From a virus (lineage: Duplodnaviria; Heunggongvirae; Uroviricota; Caudoviricetes): a stretch of DNA of 18,233 bases. This document shows positions 1 to 7,047 of this stretch, piece by piece; position 1 is the first letter of the stretch, and each line of letters starts with the position of its first letter. The stretch lies in IMG/VR virus record IMGVR_UViG_2734482771_000002, one strand, 5' to 3'. The notes under the pieces are model-generated. The model was not told the DNA's origin. It searched no databases and saw only the letters and a program-made list of their open reading frames with translations. Made by a program: the position numbers and the translations under genes.

Positions 1-195
1 AAAAACTGGATGTTCGCGGGTTCCGACAGCGGTGGTGAACATGCGGCGGTGTTGTACTCGCTGATCGGCACATGCCGTCTGAACAATGTGGAGCCAGAAA
101 AGTGGCTGCGTTACGTCATTGAACATATCCAGGACTGGCCGGCAAACCGGGTACGCGATCTGTTGCCCTGGAAAGTTGATCTGAGCTCTCAGTAA
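1..195 (+). CDS. IS66-family transposase, C-terminal fragment (5' end outside window)
   Basis: Translation ...MFAGSDSGGEHAAVLYSLIGTCRLNNVEPEKWLRYVIEHIQDWPANRVRDLLPWKVDLSSQ* matches the conserved C-terminal tail of IS66 TnpC-type transposases as I recall it; stop at 193-195. Confidence 0.7.
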   Translation, partial: KNWMFAGSDSGGEHAAVLYSLIGTCRLNNVEPEKWLRYVIEHIQDWPANRVRDLLPWKVDLSSQ

Positions 196-225
196 ATATC
201 AATACGGTTCTGACGAGTCGCTTAC
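1..225 (+). mobile_element. Right end of an IS66-family insertion sequence (partial; continues upstream of the window)
   Basis: Frame-1 ORF open to the window edge encodes an IS66-type transposase C-terminus; the element ends ...GAGTCGCTTAC at 219-225, whose reverse complement GTAAGCG is the terminus I recall as typical of IS66-family inverted repeats. Phage U coding sequence resumes in frame at 226. Confidence 0.7.
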
Positions 226-501
226 GTTTATCTCACCGGCGCTGAATACACGGGCGAAGAGCTGGACAGCGATACCTGGCAGGCGGAGCTGCATATTGAA
301 GTTTTCCTGCCTGCTCAGGTGCCGGATTCAGAGCTGGATGCGTGGATGGAGTCCCGGATTTATCCGGTGATGAGCGATATCCCGGCACTGTCAGATTTGA
401 TCACCAGTATGGTGGCCAGCGGCTATGACTACCGGCGCGACGATGATGCGGGCCTGTGGAGTTCAGCCGATCTGACTTATGTCATTACCTATGAAATGTG
501 A
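226..501 (+). pseudogene. U: Tail terminator protein U, 3' fragment truncated by the IS insertion
   Basis: Frame 1 from 226 reads [91 protein letters not shown], the C-terminal part of lambda gpU as I recall it. There is no start codon or RBS at the 5' boundary, which abuts the IS end. Confidence 0.8.
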
Positions 502-508
502 GGACGCT

Positions 509-1249
509 ATGCCTGTACCAAATCCTGTAATGCCGGTGAAAGGTGCCGGGACCACCCTGTGGGTTTATAAGGGAAGCGGTGACCCTTATGCGAATCCGCT
601 TTCAGACGTTGACTGGTCGCGTCTGGCAAAAGTTAAAGACCTGACGCCCGGCGAACTGACCGCTGAGTCCTATGACGACAGCTATCTCGATGATGAAGAT
701 GCAGACTGGACTGCGACCGGGCAGGGGCAGAAATCTGCCGGAGATACCAGCTTCACGCTGGCGTGGATGCCCGGAGAGCAGGGGCAGCAGGCGCTGCTGG
801 CGTGGTTTAATGAAGGTGATACCCGTGCCTATAAAATCCGCTTCCCGAACGGCACGGTCGATGTGTTCCGTGGCTGGGTCAGCAGTATCGGTAAGGCGGT
901 GACGGCGAAGGAAGTGATTACCCGCACGGTGAAGGTCACCAATGTGGGACGTCCGTCGATGGCAGAAGATCGCAGCACGGTGACGGCGACAACCGGCATG
1001 ACCGTGACGCCTGCCAGCACCTCGGTGGTGAAAGGGCAGAGCACCACGCTGACCGTGGCATTCCAGCCGGAAGGCGCAACCGACAAGAGCTTCCGTGCGG
1101 TGTCTGCGGATAAAACAAAAGCCACCGTGTCGGTCAGTGGTATGACCATCACCGTGAAAGGTGTTGCTGCAGGCAAGGTCAACATTCCGGTCGTATCCGG
1201 TAATGGTGAACTTGCTGCGGTTGCAGAAATCACCGTCACCGCCAGTTAA
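509..1249 (+). CDS. V: Major tail protein V (tail tube), with C-terminal Ig-like domain
   Basis: ATG at 509 preceded by GAGGA; [36 protein letters not shown]... matches lambda gpV. The supplied ORF begins 30 nt upstream at 479, but the lambda-like start is 509. Confidence 0.92.
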   Translation: MPVPNPVMPVKGAGTTLWVYKGSGDPYANPLSDVDWSRLAKVKDLTPGELTAESYDDSYLDDEDADWTATGQGQKSAGDTSFTLAWMPGEQGQQALLAWFNEGDTRAYKIRFPNGTVDVFRGWVSSIGKAVTAKEVITRTVKVTNVGRPSMAEDRSTVTATTGMTVTPASTSVVKGQSTTLTVAFQPEGATDKSFRAVSADKTKATVSVSGMTITVKGVAAGKVNIPVVSGNGELAAVAEITVTAS

Positions 1250-1264
1250 TCCGGGGAGTCAGAG

Positions 1265-1687
1265 ATGTTCCTGAAAACCGAATCATTTGAACATAACGGT
1301 GTGACCGTCACGCTTTCTGAACTGTCAGCCCTGCAGCGTATTGAGCATCTTGCCTGGTTGAAAGAGCAGGAAAAAAAGGCTGAATCCAGTGGCAACCTGC
1401 AGGTGTCTGTAGAGGAGCTTATCAGAGGCGGGGCGTTTCTGGTGGCGATGTCTCTGTGGCATAACCATCCACAGAAGACAAAGCTGCCGTCCATGAATGA
1501 AGCCATTACGCAGATTGAGCAGGAAGTGCTTACCACCTGGCCCACGGAGGCAATTGCTCAGGCTGAAAACGTGGTGTTACGTCTGTCCGGAATGTCTGAG
1601 TTTGTGGTGAATAATGCCCCTGAACAGACAGAGGACGCCGGGCCTGCAGAGCCTGTTTCTGCGGGAAAGTTTTCGACGGTGAGCTGA
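1265..1687 (+). CDS. G: Tail assembly chaperone G
   Basis: 140-aa ORF MFLKTESFEHNGVTVTLSELSALQRIEHLAWLKEQEKK... matching lambda gpG in sequence and in position between V and H. Confidence 0.9.
   Translation: MFLKTESFEHNGVTVTLSELSALQRIEHLAWLKEQEKKAESSGNLQVSVEELIRGGAFLVAMSLWHNHPQKTKLPSMNEAITQIEQEVLTTWPTEAIAQAENVVLRLSGMSEFVVNNAPEQTEDAGPAEPVSAGKFSTVS
1663..1669 (+). other. Programmed -1 ribosomal frameshift slippery heptamer G GGA AAG (G to G-T)
   Basis: GGGAAAG lies in the G frame (codons GGA 1664-1666, AAG 1667-1669) near the 3' end of G. The -1 frame is open from here to the stop at 2101-2103, as in the lambda G/GT mechanism. Confidence 0.8.
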
Positions 1688-2103
1688 GTTTTGCCCTGAA
1701 ACTGGCGCGTGAGATGGGGCGACCCGACTGGCGTGCCATGCTTGCCGGGATGTCATCCACGGAGTATGCCGACTGGCACCGCTTTTACAGTACCCATTAT
1801 TTTCATGATGTTCTGCTGGATATGCACTTTTCCGGGCTGACGTACACCGTGCTCAGCCTGTTTTTCAGCGATCCGGATATGCATCCGCTGGATTTCAGTT
1901 TGCTGAACCGGCGTGAGGCTGACGAAGAGCCTGAAGATGATGTGCTGATGCAGAAAGCGGCAGGGCTTGCCGGAGGTGTCCGCTTTGGCCCGGACGGGAA
2001 TGAAGTTATCCCTACTTCCCCGGATGTGGCGGACATGACGGAGGATGACGTAATGCTGATGACAGTATCAGAAGGGATCGCAGGAGGAGTCCGGTATGGC
2101 TGA
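1669..2103 (+). CDS. T: T-frame portion of the G-T fusion protein (expressed by -1 frameshift from G; full product join 1265..1669,1669..2103)
   Basis: The -1 frame relative to G is open from the slippery site to TGA at 2101-2103 and translates ...GRPDWRAMLAGMSSTEYADWHRFYSTHYFHDVLLDMHFSGLTYTVLSLFFSDPDMHPLDFSLLNRREADEE..., resembling lambda gpT; it ends overlapping the H start. Confidence 0.8.
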   Translation, partial: VFDGELSFALKLAREMGRPDWRAMLAGMSSTEYADWHRFYSTHYFHDVLLDMHFSGLTYTVLSLFFSDPDMHPLDFSLLNRREADEEPEDDVLMQKAAGLAGGVRFGPDGNEVIPTSPDVADMTEDDVMLMTVSEGIAGGVRYG

Positions 2104-4675
2104 ACCGGTAGGCGATCTGGTCGTTGATTTGAGTCTGGATGCGGCCAGATTTGACGAGCAGATGGCCAGAGTCAGGCGTCATTTTTCCGGTACGGAAACT
2201 GATGCGAAAAAAACAGCGGCAGTCGTTGAACAGTCGATGAACCGGCAGGCGCTGGCTGCACAGAAAGCGGGAATTTCCGTCGGGCAGTATAAAGCCGCCA
2301 TGCGTATGCTGCCTGCGCAGTTCACCGACGTGGCCACGCAGCTTGCAGGCGGGCAAAGTCCGTGGCTGATCCTGCTGCAACAGGGGGGTCAGGTGAAGGA
2401 CTCCTTCGGCGGGATGATCCCCATGTTCCGGGGGCTTGCCGGTGCGATCACCCTGCCGATGGTGGGGGCCACCTCGCTGGCGGTGGCGACCGGTGCGCTG
2501 GCGTATGCCTGGTATCAGGGCAACTCAACCCTGTCCGATTTCAACAAAACGCTGGTCCTTTCCGGCAATCAGGCGGGACTGACGGCAGATCGTATGCTGG
2601 TCCTGTCCAGAGCCGGGCAGGCGGCAGGGCTGACGTTTAACCAGACCAGCGAGTCACTGACGGCGCTGGTGAATGCCGGTGTGCGTGGTGGTGAGCAGTT
2701 TGAGGCGATCAGCCAGAGTGTGGCGCGTTTCTCCTCTGCATCCGGCGTGGAGGTGGACAAGGTCGCTGAAGCCTTCGGGAAGCTGACCACAGACCCGACG
2801 TCGGGACTGACAGCGATGGCACGTCAGTTCCATAACGTGACGGCGGAGCAGATTGCGTATGTTGCTCAGTTGCAGCGTTCCGGAGATGAAGCCGGGGCAT
2901 TGCAGGCGGCGAACGAGGCCGCAACGAAAGGGTTTGATGACCAGACCCGCCGCCTGAAAGAGAACATGGGCACGCTGGAGACCTGGGCAGACAGGACAGC
3001 ACGGGCATTCAAATCCATGTGGGATTCGGTGCTGGATATTGGTCGCCCGGACACTGCCCAGGGAATGCTGGAGAAAGCAGAAAAGGCTTTTGATGAGGCG
3101 GACAAAAAATGGCAGTGGTATCAGAGCCGGAGCCACCGGCGCGGTAAAACCTCAGCATTTCTTGCCAATCTCCGGGGAGCATGGGAGGACAGAGCGAATG
3201 CGCAACTTGGGCTTTCAGCCGCCACGTTGCAGGCCGATCTTGAAAAGGCCAGAGAGATGGCAGCAAAGGACTGGGTCGAGTCTGAGGCATCACGGCTGAA
3301 ATATACCGAAGAGGCGCAGAAGGCTTACGAACGCCTGCAGACGCCGCTGGAGAAATATACCGCCCGTCAGGAAGAACTGAATAAGGCACTGAAAGACGGG
3401 AAAATCCTGCAGGCAGATTACAACACGCTGATGGCGGCAGCGAAAAAGGATTATGAAGCGACGCTGAAAAAGCCGAAGCAGTCCGGCGTGAAAGTGTCTG
3501 CAGGCGATCGCCAGGAAGACAGTGCTCATGCTGCCCTGCTGACGCTTCAGGCAGAACTCCGGACGCTGGAGAAGCATGCCGGAGCGAATGAGAAAATCAG
3601 CCAGCAGCGCCGGGATTTGTGGAAGGCGGAGAGTCAGTTCGCTGTACTGGAGGAGGCGGCACAACGTCGCCAGCTGTCCGCACAGGAGAAATCCCTGCTG
3701 GCGCATAAAGATGAGACGCTGGAGTACAAACGCCAGCTGGCTGCACTTGGCGACAAGGTTACGTATCAGGAGCGCCTGAACGCGCTGGCGCAGCAGGCGG
3801 ATAAATTCGCACAGCAGCAACGGGCAAAACGGGCCGCCATTGATGCGAAAAACCGGGGGCTGACTGACCGGCAGGCAGCGCGGGAAGCCACAGAACAGCG
3901 TCTGAAGGAACAGTATGGCGATAATCCGCTGGCGCTGAATAACGTCATGTCAGAGCAGAAAAAGACCTGGACGGCTGAAGACCAGCTTCGCGGGAGCTGG
4001 ATGGCAGGCCTGAAGTCCGGCTGGAGTGAGTGGGAAGAGAGCGCCACGGACAGTATGTCGCAGGTTAAAAGTGCAGCCACGCAGACCTTTGATGGTATTG
4101 CGCAGAATATGGCGGCGATGCTGACCGGCAGTGAGCAGAACTGGCGCAGCTTCACCCGTTCCGTGCTGTCCATGATGACAGAAATTCTGCTTAAGCAGGC
4201 AATGGTGGGGATTGTCGGGAGTATCGGTAGCGCCATTGGCGGGGCTGTTGGTGGCGGCGCATCCGCATCAGGCGGTACAGCCATTCAGGCAGCTGCGGCG
4301 AAATTCCATTTTGCGACCGGAGGATTTACGGGAACCGGCGGCAAATATGAGCCAGCGGGGATTGTTCACCGTGGTGAATTTGTCTTCACGAAGGAGGCAA
4401 CCAGCCGGATTGGTGTCGGCAACCTGTACCGCCTGATGCGGGGCTATGCGGAAGGTGGTTATGTGGGCGGTGCCGGAAGTCCGGCGCAGATGCGGCGGGC
4501 TGAAGGCATTAATTTTAATCAGAACAATCACGTGGTGATTCAGAACGACGGTACGAATGGTCTGCCAGGTCCACAGATGATGAAGGCAGTGTATGACATG
4601 GCCCGCAAGGGTGCCCGTGATGAAATTCAGGCACAGATGCGCGATGGTGGTCTGTTCTCCGGAGGTGGACGATGA
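2096..4675 (+). CDS. H: Tail tape measure protein H
   Basis: 859-aa ORF MAEPVGDLVVDLSLDAARFDEQMARVRRHF..., coiled-coil-rich centre and Gly-rich hydrophobic C-terminal segment; lambda gpH-like. ATG at 2096 overlaps the T stop, and the H stop overlaps the M start (ATGA at 4672-4675). Confidence 0.92.
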   Translation: MAEPVGDLVVDLSLDAARFDEQMARVRRHFSGTETDAKKTAAVVEQSMNRQALAAQKAGISVGQYKAAMRMLPAQFTDVATQLAGGQSPWLILLQQGGQVKDSFGGMIPMFRGLAGAITLPMVGATSLAVATGALAYAWYQGNSTLSDFNKTLVLSGNQAGLTADRMLVLSRAGQAAGLTFNQTSESLTALVNAGVRGGEQFEAISQSVARFSSASGVEVDKVAEAFGKLTTDPTSGLTAMARQFHNVTAEQIAYVAQLQRSGDEAGALQAANEAATKGFDDQTRRLKENMGTLETWADRTARAFKSMWDSVLDIGRPDTAQGMLEKAEKAFDEADKKWQWYQSRSHRRGKTSAFLANLRGAWEDRANAQLGLSAATLQADLEKAREMAAKDWVESEASRLKYTEEAQKAYERLQTPLEKYTARQEELNKALKDGKILQADYNTLMAAAKKDYEATLKKPKQSGVKVSAGDRQEDSAHAALLTLQAELRTLEKHAGANEKISQQRRDLWKAESQFAVLEEAAQRRQLSAQEKSLLAHKDETLEYKRQLAALGDKVTYQERLNALAQQADKFAQQQRAKRAAIDAKNRGLTDRQAAREATEQRLKEQYGDNPLALNNVMSEQKKTWTAEDQLRGSWMAGLKSGWSEWEESATDSMSQVKSAATQTFDGIAQNMAAMLTGSEQNWRSFTRSVLSMMTEILLKQAMVGIVGSIGSAIGGAVGGGASASGGTAIQAAAAKFHFATGGFTGTGGKYEPAGIVHRGEFVFTKEATSRIGVGNLYRLMRGYAEGGYVGGAGSPAQMRRAEGINFNQNNHVVIQNDGTNGLPGPQMMKAVYDMARKGARDEIQAQMRDGGLFSGGGR

Positions 4676-5001
4676 AGACCTTCCGCTGGAAAGTGAAACC
4701 CGGTATGGATGTGGCTTCGGCCCCTTCCGTCAGGAAAGTGCGCTTTGGTGATGGCTATTCCCAGCGAGCGCCTGCCGGGCTGAATGCCGACCTGAAAACG
4801 TACAGCGTGACGCTTTCTGTTCCCCGTTGGGAGGCCACGGCGCTGGAGTCGTTTCTGGCTGAGCACGGGGGCTGGAAAGCCTTTCTGTGGACGCCGCCTT
4901 ATGAGTGGCGGCAGATAAAGGTGACCTGCGCAAAATGGTCGTCGCGGGTCAGTATGCTGCGTGTTGAGTTCAGCGCAGAGTTTGAACAGGTGGTGAACTG
5001 A
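4672..5001 (+). CDS. M: Minor tail protein M
   Basis: 109-aa ORF MKTFRWKVKPGMDVASAPSVRKVRFGDGYSQRAPAGLNADLKTYSVTLSVPRWEA... matching lambda gpM; translationally coupled to H and L. Confidence 0.9.
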   Translation: MKTFRWKVKPGMDVASAPSVRKVRFGDGYSQRAPAGLNADLKTYSVTLSVPRWEATALESFLAEHGGWKAFLWTPPYEWRQIKVTCAKWSSRVSMLRVEFSAEFEQVVN

Positions 5002-5699
5002 TGCAGGATATCCGGCAGGAAACACTGAATGAATGCACCCGTGCGGAGCAGTCGGCCAGCGTGGTGCTCTGGGAAATCGATCTGACAGAGGTCGGTGGAG
5101 AACGTTATTTTTTCTGTAATGAGCAGAACGAAAAAGGTGAGCCGGTCACCTGGCAGGGGCGACGGTATCAGCCGTATCCCATTCAGGGGAGTGGTTTTGA
5201 ACTGAATGGCAAAGGCACCAGTACGCGCCCCACGCTGACGGTTTCTAACCTGTACGGTATGGTCACCGGGATGGCGGAAGATCTGCAGAGTCTGGTCGGC
5301 GGAACGGTGGTCCGGCGTAAGGTTTACGCCCGTTTTCTGGATGCGGTGAACTTCGTCAACGGAAACAGTGACGCCGATCCGGAGCAGGAGGTGATCAGCC
5401 GCTGGCGCATTGAGCAGTGCAGCGAACTGAGCGCGGTGAGTGCCTCTTTTGTACTGTCCACGCCGACGGAAACGGACGGCGCTGTTTTTCCGGGACGTAT
5501 CATGCTGGCCAACACCTGCACCTGGACCTATCGCGGCGATGAGTGCGGTTATCACGGTCCGGCGGTCGCGGATGAATATGACCAGCCAACGTCCGATATC
5601 ACGAAGGATAAATGCAGCAAATGCCTGAGCGGTTGTAAGTTCCGCAATAACGTCGGCAACTTTGGCGGCTTCCTTTCCATTAACAAACTTTCGCAGTAA
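5001..5699 (+). CDS. L: Minor tail protein L
   Basis: 232-aa ORF MQDIRQETLNECTRAEQSASVVLWEIDLTEVGGERYFFCNEQNEKGEPVTWQGRRYQPYPIQ..., with the C-terminal Cys cluster (CGYHG...CSKCLSGC) as in lambda gpL. Confidence 0.9.
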   Translation: MQDIRQETLNECTRAEQSASVVLWEIDLTEVGGERYFFCNEQNEKGEPVTWQGRRYQPYPIQGSGFELNGKGTSTRPTLTVSNLYGMVTGMAEDLQSLVGGTVVRRKVYARFLDAVNFVNGNSDADPEQEVISRWRIEQCSELSAVSASFVLSTPTETDGAVFPGRIMLANTCTWTYRGDECGYHGPAVADEYDQPTSDITKDKCSKCLSGCKFRNNVGNFGGFLSINKLSQ

Positions 5700-5704
5700 A
5701 TCCC

Positions 5705-6448
5705 ATGACACAGACAGAATCAGCAATTCTGGCGCACGCCCGGCGATGTGCGCCAGCGGAGTCGTGCGGCTTCGTGGTAAGCACGCCGGAGCGGGAAAGA
5801 TATTTCCCCTGCGTGAATATCTCCGGTGAGCCGGAGGCGTATTTCCGGATGGCTCCGGAGGACTGGCTGCGGGCAGAAATGCAGGGTGAGATTGTGGCGC
5901 TGGTCCACAGTCACCCCGGTGCTCTGCCCTGGCTGAGTGAGGCCGACCGGCGGCTGCAGGTGCAGAGTGATTTGCCGTGGTGGCTGGTCTGCCGGGGGGC
6001 GATTCACAAGTTCCGCTGTGTGCCACATCTTACCGGGCGGCGCTTTGAGCACGGGGTGACGGACTGTTACACGCTGTTCCGGGATGCTTACCATCTGGCG
6101 GGAATTGAGATGCCTGATTTTCATCGTGAGGATGACTGGTGGCGTCACGGTCAGAATCTCTATCTGGATAATCTGGAGGCCACAGGGCTGTATCAGGTGC
6201 CGTTGTCAGCGGCGCAGCCGGGCGATGTGCTGCTGTGCTGTTTTGGTTCATCGGTGCCGAATCATGCCGCCATTTACTGCGGCGACGGCGAGCTGTTGCA
6301 CCATATTCCTGAACAACTGAGCAAACGAGAGAGGTATACAGACAAATGGCAGCGACGCACACACTCCCTCTGGCGTCACCGGGCATGGCACGCATCTGCC
6401 TTTACGGGGATTTACAACGATTTGGCCGCCGCATCGACCTTCGTGTGA
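5705..6448 (+). CDS. K: Tail tip assembly protein K (JAMM/MPN + NlpC/P60-like), long form
   Basis: 247-aa ORF beginning MTQTESAILAHARRCAPAESCGFVV.... It contains the E...HSHP...S..D JAMM-type motif (EIVALVHSHPGALPWLSEAD) and a C-terminal Cys/His region; the 3' end overlaps I by 103 nt. The classic 199-aa lambda K annotation would begin at the internal Met at 5849. Confidence 0.85.
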   Translation: MTQTESAILAHARRCAPAESCGFVVSTPERERYFPCVNISGEPEAYFRMAPEDWLRAEMQGEIVALVHSHPGALPWLSEADRRLQVQSDLPWWLVCRGAIHKFRCVPHLTGRRFEHGVTDCYTLFRDAYHLAGIEMPDFHREDDWWRHGQNLYLDNLEATGLYQVPLSAAQPGDVLLCCFGSSVPNHAAIYCGDGELLHHIPEQLSKRERYTDKWQRRTHSLWRHRAWHASAFTGIYNDLAAASTFV

Positions 6449-6987
6449 AAACGGGGGCCGAAGCCATCCGGGCGCTGGCCACGCAGCTTCCGTCGTTTCG
6501 CCAGAAACTGAATGAGGGCTGGTATCAGGTGCGCATTGCCGGGCGTGATGCAGGCGAAAATGAATTATCAGCCCGTCTTAATGAACCGCTGGCAAATGGT
6601 GCTGTGATCCATATCGTGCCGCGTCTGGCAGGAGCCAAAAGTGGCGGTGTGTTTCAGGCTGTGCTGGGGGCGGCTGTTATGGCGGTTGCTATATGGATGC
6701 CGGGGGTAGGAATTATGGCGAGTAATCTGCTGTTTTCTCTCGGTGCCAGTATGGTGCTCGGTGGTGTGGCGCAGATGCTGGCACCGAAAGCCAGAACTCC
6801 CCGCACACAGACAACGGATAACGGCAAACAGAACACCTATTTTTCTTCACTGGATAATATGGTTGCCCAGGGCAATGTCCTGCCCGTTCTGTACGGTGAA
6901 ATGCGTGTGGGGTCGCGGGTGGTATCTCAGGAGATCAGCACAGCAGATGAAGGGGATGGTGGTCAGGTTGTGGTGATTGGTCGCTGA
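6346..6987 (+). CDS. I: Tail tip assembly protein I (ubiquitin-like N-terminus, hydrophobic Gly/Ala-rich centre)
   Basis: 213-aa ORF MAATHTLPLASPGMARICLYGDLQRFGRRIDLRVKTGAEAIRALATQLP...GEMRVGSRVVSQEISTADEGDGGQVVVIGR matching lambda gpI; the start lies inside the 3' end of K. Confidence 0.88.
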   Translation: MAATHTLPLASPGMARICLYGDLQRFGRRIDLRVKTGAEAIRALATQLPSFRQKLNEGWYQVRIAGRDAGENELSARLNEPLANGAVIHIVPRLAGAKSGGVFQAVLGAAVMAVAIWMPGVGIMASNLLFSLGASMVLGGVAQMLAPKARTPRTQTTDNGKQNTYFSSLDNMVAQGNVLPVLYGEMRVGSRVVSQEISTADEGDGGQVVVIGR

Positions 6988-7005
6988 TGCAAAATGTTTT
7001 ATGTG

Positions 7006-7030
7006 AAACCGCCTGCGGGCGGTTTTGTCG
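7006..7030 (+). terminator. Stem-loop with trailing T-rich tract between I and J (possible attenuator or partial terminator)
   Basis: AAACCGCC-TGCG-GGCGGTTT forms a perfect 8-bp stem with a 4-nt loop at 7006-7025, followed by TGTCGTTT; it sits in the 60-nt I-J gap. Confidence 0.45.
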
Positions 7031-7047
7031 TTTATGGAGCGTGAGGA

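Noticed and set aside
479-508. Upstream in-frame ATG extending V by 10 codons ([10 protein letters not shown]...)
   Set aside because: It overlaps the end of U, has no RBS, and the conserved gpV N-terminus MPVPNP begins at 509 with a GAGGA Shine-Dalgarno just upstream.
2654-6148. Several long minus-strand ORFs (2654-3136, 3290-3820, 3766-4284, 4899-6026, 5720-6148) overlapping H, M, L and K
   Set aside because: All lie antisense to syntenic, conserved lambda tail genes with translational coupling between them. They have no RBS or conserved motifs and Arg/Leu/Cys-rich composition consistent with spurious frames.
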